Below are positions 1 to 5,875 of a DNA stretch of 24,000 bases, one piece after another. Origin of the DNA: an uncultured Alphaproteobacteria bacterium. Lineage in GTDB: Bacteria > Pseudomonadota > Alphaproteobacteria > ATCC43930 > CGMCC-115725. The notes under the pieces are model-generated. The model worked only from the letters and a program-made list of their open reading frames with translations. It was not told the DNA's origin and did no database searches. The translations under genes and the position numbers were made by a program. The stretch covers positions 174,124 to 198,123 of the forward strand of contig CAWEME010000008.1 in the NCBI GenBank assembly GCA_963810055.1, written 5' to 3'. Numbering within the stretch: the stretch's first letter is position 1; every line of letters starts with the position of its first letter.

Positions 1-78
1 ACGTTGATAGGCCGGGAGTGGAAGTGCGGCAACGCATGAAGCCAACCGGTACTAATAGCTCGAATGCTTGATCGCATC
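1..78 (+). rRNA. rrl: 23S rRNA, 3'-terminal fragment (gene continues upstream of window)
   Basis: ACGTTGATAGGCCGGGAGTGGAAGTGCGGCAACGCATGAAGCCAACCGGTACTAATAGCTCG is colinear with the conserved 3'-terminal helices of bacterial 23S rRNA (E. coli ...GATAGGCCGGGTGTGTAAGCGCAGCGATGCGTTGAGCTAACCGGTACTAATGAACCG...). The exact 3' end is uncertain by about 10 nt. Confidence 0.85.
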
Positions 79-227
79 GTCTCTTGGCTGCATTGCCTTG
101 CAGAGCAAGAGAGCCTTTCGCTTGCAGAGCCAAGCCCCGCGATCGAGGATCCCGCTTGAAGGCACTCTTCATTCCATGCGCAAAGACGCCGGCCAGGCCG
201 GCGCGGTTGCAAGCGCGACGCTTGATT

Positions 228-346
228 GGCTTGGTGGTTATGGCGGGGGAGTAAGCACCCGATCCCATCCCGAACTCGGCCGTGAAAGCCCTCAGCGCCG
301 ATGGTACTGTGTCCTAAGACACGGGAGAGTAGGTCGCCGCCAAGCC
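228..346 (+). rRNA. rrf: 5S rRNA
   Basis: Terminal helix GGCTTGGTGG / CCGCCAAGCC. Internal blocks CCCGATCCCATCCCGAACTCGGCCGTGAAA and GGGAGAGTAGGTCGCCGCCAAG match the universal bacterial 5S pattern. Length is about 119 nt and the position between 23S and tRNA is as expected. Confidence 0.9.
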
Positions 347-446
347 TATCAAGCGCCGCGTTTTCCTCTACGACGTTTCCGCATACTCCCTTTTCAGCCT
401 TGTCAGTTCGTGTTTTGCGCCGCCTAGCTTTGCGCATCGATGGTGA

Positions 447-525
<79 letters not shown>

Positions 526-594
526 TTTTTCAAATATATATCAATAAGTTAGATAATAATTTGTGTACCGGATATGTTCGTTTTCCCATTTGCA

Positions 595-613
595 GGAAGC
601 ATACCGGAAGCAC
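595..613 (+). promoter_or_regulatory. arm-type repeat pair 1 (GGAAGCAT-N3-GGAAGCAC), putative integrase arm-binding sites
   Basis: GGAAGCAT at 595-602 and GGAAGCAC at 606-613, 11 bp start to start. The same motif pair recurs at 690-708 and 16586-16604. Confidence 0.5.
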
Positions 614-645
614 CTGGACCGAATTAAATCAAGCAACAAGCAATT

Positions 646-671
646 AGCCCACCAAATTGGTGGGCTTTTTG
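646..671 (+). terminator. rho-independent terminator downstream of tRNA-fMet (inside the island arm)
   Basis: 9-bp stem AGCCCACCA / TGGTGGGCT around a 3-nt loop, followed by TTTTGTT. Confidence 0.6.
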
Positions 672-689
672 TTCTACTGGCGTTTTTGT

Positions 690-708
690 GGAAGCACTGT
701 GGAAGCGG
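690..708 (+). promoter_or_regulatory. arm-type repeat pair 2 (GGAAGCAC-N3-GGAAGCGG)
   Basis: GGAAGCAC at 690-697 and GGAAGCGG at 701-708, again 11 bp start to start and in the same orientation as pair 1. Confidence 0.45.
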
Positions 709-723
709 TCGCCAAGTCCTTGA

Positions 724-769
724 TTGACATCCAAGCTACATGCTATACATTGATTACGATAGTGTATAG
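724..769 (+). promoter_or_regulatory. candidate sigma70-type promoter plus inverted-repeat operator upstream of the RHH gene
   Basis: TTGACA (724-729), a 16-nt spacer, then TACATT (746-751). The perfect inverted repeat CTATACA (743-749) / TGTATAG (763-769) overlaps the -10 and lies just before RBS TAGGAG and ATG 779. Confidence 0.4.
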
Positions 770-778
770 GAGTTTGCT

Positions 779-1705
779 ATGGCTCAGGAAAATCGGTCGG
801 TTCAGGTCAATCTTCGATTGCCGCCGTCGTTAAAAGAAGGGGCAGAAAAGGCCGCCGCTCAGGATCATCGGTCACTAGCCTCGCTGATCGAGAAACTGCT
901 CGCCGATCATCTCCGGACGCGACCAACGCTTGAGGAGTGGCATGAGCGGGCGCTGGCCCGATTCTCCGCGGGGGTCGCGGAAAAAAAGTCTCAGGAAGCC
1001 AAGCTCGGAATTTTCGCGCGCTCTTACGCCATAAACACCAAAGATGGAGACCGCATCGAGCCTGCTCAATTGGCCAGAAATTTGCGCGCCGTCTATGATT
1101 CCCTAGGCCAAGTGGTGCCTCGCGGCGACCTGTTCTATGTGTATCACAATAATCCTGACCTAATTCCGTACTTTACCTCTGATGATAAGATATTCCGGAA
1201 AAGCATGGACGAGCTCTTGGAATTTCTATCGATAGACACAAGAGACCGGATCGGTTTTTGGCGAGTTTCTCCGGTTGGAATGGCGACCCAAATAGGGTCG
1301 CATCTTGAAGACAAAGAGGTACCAGCATTTTCTCAGTACGGTCTACATCCCGGCAAATGGTTCTGGCCGTACCGCCTTACGTGTAATCTCGCGGAATTGG
1401 TATTGCACGCCAGCGAATTTAGCCAGAAATTCTCTTCGGCTGAGAACGTCGAATTTCGATGCGAATGGTCTGGGCTGCGGGAACGGAAAATTTCCGACCC
1501 GGACCAGATGGGTTTTGAATCCGGGAAAGTTGCTCGGATCGACCATCGTATAACGGTAGGAGAATGGCCGATTATCGAGCTGCGCCGGTCGTGGCCTGAG
1601 ATAGTTAGCGTCTTGGGCGGTCCAGTGATGCGGCTTTTTGACAATGACTGCGAGTACTCACCAGAGTTCATACGGAAGTCACATCTTCCTAGGATGAGGG
1701 GCTAA
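779..1705 (+). CDS. ribbon-helix-helix (CopG/Arc-like) N-terminal domain protein with about 260 aa of uncharacterised C-terminal region
   Basis: ATG is preceded by AGGAG. The N-terminus VQVNLRLPPSLKEGAEKAAAQDHRSLASLIEKLLADHL has the strand-helix-helix pattern of RHH DNA binders. No motif was recognised in the rest. Confidence 0.7.
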   Translation: MAQENRSVQVNLRLPPSLKEGAEKAAAQDHRSLASLIEKLLADHLRTRPTLEEWHERALARFSAGVAEKKSQEAKLGIFARSYAINTKDGDRIEPAQLARNLRAVYDSLGQVVPRGDLFYVYHNNPDLIPYFTSDDKIFRKSMDELLEFLSIDTRDRIGFWRVSPVGMATQIGSHLEDKEVPAFSQYGLHPGKWFWPYRLTCNLAELVLHASEFSQKFSSAENVEFRCEWSGLRERKISDPDQMGFESGKVARIDHRITVGEWPIIELRRSWPEIVSVLGGPVMRLFDNDCEYSPEFIRKSHLPRMRG

Positions 1706-1918
1706 GCTACCAACGGGGCGCGGGATCGATCCGGACGACGCTTATACTCTCTATGCAAGAGATCGTAAGTCTAAAGTGGAGAAGCGATTAGAGAAGCCAA
1801 AACGTATAAGCAGAATGATTTGAGGCACCGAAAATGCAGTGCAGAAAAACGAGCCGTGAAATCCGTCATGCCAGTTTTGGCTATCGCATTTTTGACGTTG
1901 AAAAATGGAGGCTAGAAA

Positions 1919-2077
1919 ATGAGAACCCTTGATTATGTCCTTCATCTCATTTGGCGCATCGGTTTCTTCCCGTTTGCCATGCTGGGGCTTTTTATCGTGG
2001 TCGGATTCCAGGGCGCATTATCGATTTTTTGCGTCGGCCTGATCCTATTCGCCTTGAGACATGTGCCTTCGCCGTAG
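1919..2077 (+). CDS. small hydrophobic membrane protein (52 aa), paralog of 10165-10353
   Basis: Below the ORF-track length cutoff. ATG 1919 is preceded by GGAGG and the product reads MRTLDYVLHLIWRIGFFPFAMLGLFIVVGFQGALSIFCVGLILFALRHVPSP. The first 40 aa are 37/40 identical to the ORF at 10165-10353, and most nucleotide differences are synonymous (tat/tac, att/atc, ggt/gga, ttt/ttc, atc/att, gca/gct, tta/ttg), which indicates purifying selection on a real peptide. Confidence 0.6.
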   Translation: MRTLDYVLHLIWRIGFFPFAMLGLFIVVGFQGALSIFCVGLILFALRHVPSP

Positions 2078-2394
2078 CGCCTTTGATCGACCAGGCCGTA
2101 TTATCATAAAGCTCATAAAGCAAGATCGGTAAGCAGCGGGTGGTTAAGTCTCTCCTTCCGTGACCACACGGTTGACCACATCGGGCTTGGTTTTCGACCA
2201 ATCCATGGAATAGTTCCTAGCGCGCCTTTTTTAGTTGCTGCGTCCGCTTCGGTTTCTCCGTCACGCGATGCTGCGGCCCCGCCTTCGCCACGTCCTTGAT
2301 GAATCGCTCGAAGCGCGGCCACGCATTGGGAAGAAGTTCAATTTCTTGTAGCTCGGCGCGTGTTTTTTTAACTTGCTCATGAAGGGACTATACC

Positions 2395-3057
2395 ATGTCG
2401 CCTGGTAAGAAGCCGAGGATCAAAAAGCCACCTCCACCGCCCACGCCAAAAACGCCAAAGCCTTGGGACGTGCCACCTCAACCAAAAATCGGGGATTCTG
2501 ATCGTGAGATTACATATGCCGCTGTAGGACGTGCGCTTTCTCAGTGGGAGTTGTTTGAATCAAACTTATTACAGTTGTTCGTGGTTTTTGTCGGCTCCGG
2601 TCCGACGGCACTTCTAACCGCAGCTCGGGCCTATGGAACAATCCAAACGTTCCGCGGTCGCGCCGATATGATTGAGGGCGCCGCTGAGGTGTTCTTCCTA
2701 ATTTACAAAAACAGTGATTTAGAGAAGCGCATAAGCGACTTCATGGACATTGCCCGCAATTATGCGGCACGGAGAAATGAGATCGCTCACGGAATTGTTT
2801 GGACAACTCATTGGGCCGGGACACAGAAACAAGGGAGCGCACTTTTCCCGGCGCGATACGCGAGCAATAAAAACAAAATCGGCAGCTTCCCGCTGGGTGA
2901 AACAGGCGCCCAAGTGCCGACCCATGTCTATTCGTCTGCCGAAATTGGGATGTTTACGAGCCGGTTTTTGGAATTAACAAGTCAGGCGCACAAGATTTAT
3001 ATCCAGACGGCCCGTTTTCATTATGCAAGTGCCAATAAGGAGAAGCTTCCAACATAG
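2395..3057 (+). CDS. HEPN-motif protein (putative RNase / abortive-infection-like), Pro/Lys-rich N-terminus
   Basis: ARNYAARRNEIAHG contains R-N-x-x-x-H, the Rx4-6H HEPN signature with a polar residue after the Arg. The region before it looks helical. The N-terminal 30 aa are KKPPPPPTPKTPKP low complexity. ATG is preceded by GAAGGGA. Confidence 0.65.
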   Translation: MSPGKKPRIKKPPPPPTPKTPKPWDVPPQPKIGDSDREITYAAVGRALSQWELFESNLLQLFVVFVGSGPTALLTAARAYGTIQTFRGRADMIEGAAEVFFLIYKNSDLEKRISDFMDIARNYAARRNEIAHGIVWTTHWAGTQKQGSALFPARYASNKNKIGSFPLGETGAQVPTHVYSSAEIGMFTSRFLELTSQAHKIYIQTARFHYASANKEKLPT

Positions 3058-3193
3058 TACCGCCTCAAGTGGTGACGTAATGCCGCCCCATATGCAGCAT
3101 AGCAAAAACCGGTGATTATCGCTTATCAGACGGATTGGGGCTAAATCGCTTTATCCTTCCGCGACTCGATAAGATGGGGGCAGAGTTTGGTCT

Positions 3194-3766
3194 ATGCGCG
3201 ATCTTTTCGGATTTGGCACGGCAGCGCTTATAGCCTTGGCTTCCCTCGCGCTCCAGCCTTGGTCATTAGCTTGGTGGATCGGCATGGCACTTGCCGCGGC
3301 CCTCGTCGTTCTATCGGGGGGCGATTTGTTATACAGGCGCTTCCTGTCGTGGCAAGTACGGCAGCATTTAAAACCCGTGCGCCAAACCCCTATATGGAAA
3401 GCGGTCGCACATATACGGGACGCTATTAACGACACGAGCCACGGCGAGTGTTACCCCGAAACTCTCAAAGCCATCCGGCAAGCGGCGCTCGATGGCAAAA
3501 TAAAATTGCGGGGACGCCCAGAGATTAATACCGACGGCCCTCAAAAATTCAGCGACGTTAGTTCCGACATCCCGCCGGAATATTGGAGGGTTTCATTGAT
3601 CGGCGCGATGGCGACTGATGAGCGATGCTACGGCGTCGGCTATCCCCATACAAATCCCGAAACGGTTTACGCATGGGGACAAAAGGGGGTTTACGAAAAG
3701 AAGCGTTACTCCGATCTGACTGTGAACATGCAAGAAATCAAACGTGAATGGCCGTCTGAAACATGA
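3194..3766 (+). CDS. membrane protein, two N-terminal TM helices, uncharacterised soluble C-terminal domain
   Basis: Hydrophobic stretches FGFGTAALIALASLAL and SLAWWIGMALAAALVVLSGG. It sits directly downstream of the HEPN gene on the same strand. Confidence 0.6.
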   Translation: MRDLFGFGTAALIALASLALQPWSLAWWIGMALAAALVVLSGGDLLYRRFLSWQVRQHLKPVRQTPIWKAVAHIRDAINDTSHGECYPETLKAIRQAALDGKIKLRGRPEINTDGPQKFSDVSSDIPPEYWRVSLIGAMATDERCYGVGYPHTNPETVYAWGQKGVYEKKRYSDLTVNMQEIKREWPSET

Positions 3767-3857
3767 TGCATATATGCGACCGTGGTCGCTCCTCCCTAAA
3801 AGCCTTGCATTGTAGGCGTCTCCTTCCCATGTTATCGACGCCGCCATTAAGTAGAAT

Positions 3858-3944
3858 GGCAGGGTTGCAGAGCGGTCGATTGCGCTTCCCTGAAAAGGAA
3901 GTGAACTCGAAAGAGTTCCGAGGGTTCGAATCCCTCCCCTATTC
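3858..3944 (+). tRNA. class II (Ser-like, long variable arm) tRNA-like gene with anticodon GAA (Phe); non-canonical acceptor stem, no encoded CCA
   Basis: Hand fold. D arm is GCA-GAGCGGTCGAT-TGC, which includes G18G19. Anticodon arm is CTTCC-CTGAAAA-GGAAG (U33, GAA, A37). The 18-nt variable arm has a perfect stem GAACTC-GAAA-GAGTTC. T arm is GAGGG-TTCGAAT-CCCTC. The acceptor is GGCAGGG/CCCTATT (two G:U pairs and one C.A mismatch); an alternative is an 8-bp GAAT[GGC]AGGG/CCCTATTC stem starting at 3854 with a 3-nt bulge. An 11-bp terminator hairpin follows immediately. Confidence 0.55.
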
Positions 3945-3945
3945 C

Positions 3946-3985
3946 GAGGCCCGCTCCAGTTCGCCGTAGAGCGGGCCTCGCTTTT
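3946..3985 (+). terminator. rho-independent terminator immediately after the tRNA-like gene
   Basis: Perfect 11-bp stem GAGGCCCGCTC (3946-3956) / GAGCGGGCCTC (3969-3979), a 12-nt loop, then GCTTTT. Confidence 0.7.
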
Positions 3986-4054
3986 ACAGATTTTGTTGGT
4001 GCGAAAACCTATAGAGGATCGGCGCAACCATGCTCTTATTGAGGAGACAGCAGC

Positions 4055-4933
4055 GTGGATCAACGTGTGAAGGCCTTTCTTGCAAAGCGTCAGGCTTCCA
4101 ATCCCCGTGCCTTGGCCTATTACACCAGTCTTTGGGACGGGCATATGGCTGCCGGATTGGTGAACAATCATTTTGTGTCCGAGCTCACAAGCGGCTCTGA
4201 CCCCAAGTTTTTTCAACGAGTGTGGGAGATGCTCTTAGCCCGTCATTTGACCGCCTGCGGTCACGACATCACTTCCAGTCCAGAGGGCGAGCCTGACTTC
4301 TGCTTCGAACACGCGGGCGTCGTCGTATGGGTGGAAGCCGTTTCGCCCGAGCCTGGTCCCGATCTTTCTCGCAACCCTCCTACGACTGGAAGGAACGTTC
4401 CGCATAGAGAAACGCTTCTTCGTTGGACCACCGCTTTAGACGCAAAATGGAAGAAGGGTTCCGCTTATCGACGCGATGGTGTCGTCAAGCCGCAAGATGC
4501 ATATGTGATAGCAATTGATGGAAGCCAGCTAGGCTGGTTTCCCCTTGCGCACGGCCATTCTCGAATGCCATACCTCGTTGAGGCTACGTTTGCCATGGGA
4601 CCGCTGGCATTCGAGATTAACACAACGACTGGTGCATTTGTCGGGACTTCCCCCACGGTAAGTTTCTCCACTGCGAATAGAAATAATTCTCCAGTCCGAA
4701 CGGAACCCTTTTTCAATCGCAACTATTCCAACGTCAGTGCTGTTATTGGTTGTGTGCCGCCCATGTTTTGTGAGTCCATCCTGCCGATCCAAGTTGCTTA
4801 TAATCCGCTCGCAGATGTTTCCCTAAAGCCAGGCTGCTTTGGTCAGTCCGCCGAAGAATGGACAGCGGAATTGGTTGGTACTGATGCTGAGGGGCAAGAC
4901 TGGAAATTGAGGCGGCTCAATACTGTTGCATAA
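4055..4933 (+). CDS. hypothetical protein, weak PD-(D/E)xK nuclease-like pattern
   Basis: GTG start 8 nt after GAGGAGA. The segment GEPDFCFEHAGVVVWVEAVSP resembles the PD...E core of restriction-endonuclease-fold proteins, but no Lys follows. No other motif was recognised. Confidence 0.65.
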   Translation: MDQRVKAFLAKRQASNPRALAYYTSLWDGHMAAGLVNNHFVSELTSGSDPKFFQRVWEMLLARHLTACGHDITSSPEGEPDFCFEHAGVVVWVEAVSPEPGPDLSRNPPTTGRNVPHRETLLRWTTALDAKWKKGSAYRRDGVVKPQDAYVIAIDGSQLGWFPLAHGHSRMPYLVEATFAMGPLAFEINTTTGAFVGTSPTVSFSTANRNNSPVRTEPFFNRNYSNVSAVIGCVPPMFCESILPIQVAYNPLADVSLKPGCFGQSAEEWTAELVGTDAEGQDWKLRRLNTVA

Positions 4934-5071
4934 TTTAAGAATTTTGCACCAATTTTAGGCCGTTGAAAGAACGGGGCTTTTCTGGTGCAGAAATCCGGTG
5001 CAGAATCGCCGCATGATTTACGTCTATCCGCCGTCAGTTCGGGGGGCCTTGATCGCCAAGGGCAACGCCGC

Positions 5072-5863
5072 ATGAGCGGCCCCAATGCCAAAAAGCAGAG
5101 GGCCGGTTGGGAGACCCTCGACAGGCTGTTCGCCGAGGCTGCGAATGTCTGGGTCATCCACTACTCGTGCGAAAGTTTCTACGACCGGCCTAACGGCCGG
5201 TCGCCGAGAATTACGTCAATTGCAGTGCGCAAGCTCAACTCCGCGCAGACGCGCTCCTTCTCAATTCATCAGGTCGCTGAACGCCGTAATGTTCCATCCG
5301 ACGAGATCGAGGCGCACTACGACAGTCTTGAGCGAGAGATGCTGGACGCCTTCTACGATCATGTCCGCAGCTTCCAGGGAATGAAATATCTCCACTGGAA
5401 TATGCGAGACATCAATTTCGGATTCGCCGCCATCGAGCACCGCTACCGCGTGCTGGGCGGCGATCCGGCTGTCATCGAGGACGAAAGGAAGATCGACCTC
5501 TCCCGCTTGCTGATCGACATATTCGGGGTTGGCTATATCGGCCACCCTCGCCTTGAGAGCCTGTTGACTAAGAATTCTATCCGGCCTCTCGACTTCCTGA
5601 CTGGCGCTCAGGAGGCCGCAGCGTTCGACCAGAGGAATTTCGTCGGCTTGCATCAATCGACGCTGCGCAAGGTGGACGTGCTGGCGAATATCGCCGATCG
5701 TGCCCACAACCGACATCTCAAGACCAACACGACCTGGTGGGAAATGCACGGCGGCAGGGTTCGATCTGTATCCGTCTGGATTGCTGAAAACAGGTGGATT
5801 GCACTCGCGGCGAGCGTCGCCAGCATTATTGGTCTTTATTTTGTATTATGGCCAAGAAAGTAA
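5072..5863 (+). CDS. hypothetical protein with degenerate DEDD/RNase H-like exonuclease pattern and C-terminal TM anchor
   Basis: The ORF opens at GTG 4985, and ATG 5072 (MSGPNAKK...) is the more likely start. VIHYSCESF, YLHWNMRDINFGF and GLHQSTLRKVD are spaced like the ExoI/ExoII/ExoIII motifs of DnaQ-like exonucleases, but with non-canonical residues. The C-terminus WIALAASVASIIGLYFVLW is a TM helix. Confidence 0.65.
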   Translation: MSGPNAKKQRAGWETLDRLFAEAANVWVIHYSCESFYDRPNGRSPRITSIAVRKLNSAQTRSFSIHQVAERRNVPSDEIEAHYDSLEREMLDAFYDHVRSFQGMKYLHWNMRDINFGFAAIEHRYRVLGGDPAVIEDERKIDLSRLLIDIFGVGYIGHPRLESLLTKNSIRPLDFLTGAQEAAAFDQRNFVGLHQSTLRKVDVLANIADRAHNRHLKTNTTWWEMHGGRVRSVSVWIAENRWIALAASVASIIGLYFVLWPRK

Positions 5864-5875
5864 GCAGGCTACGGG

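Noticed and set aside
3852-3857. TAGAAT, a good -10 hexamer overlapping the 5' edge of the tRNA-like gene
   Set aside because: No convincing -35 lies 16-18 nt upstream. If it were used, transcription would start inside the predicted acceptor stem. I kept it as a caveat on the tRNA 5' end and did not call it a promoter.
3593-4216. 207-aa minus-strand ORF spanning the tRNA-like region
   Set aside because: It overlaps the ends of two better-supported + strand genes as well as the tRNA-like gene and its terminator. It has no RBS and no recognisable motif, so it is probably a GC-driven antisense ORF.
5261-5749. 162-aa minus-strand ORF inside 5072-5863
   Set aside because: It is antisense to an ORF that fits the + strand operon layout and ends in a clean TM anchor. 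It has no RBS or motif support.
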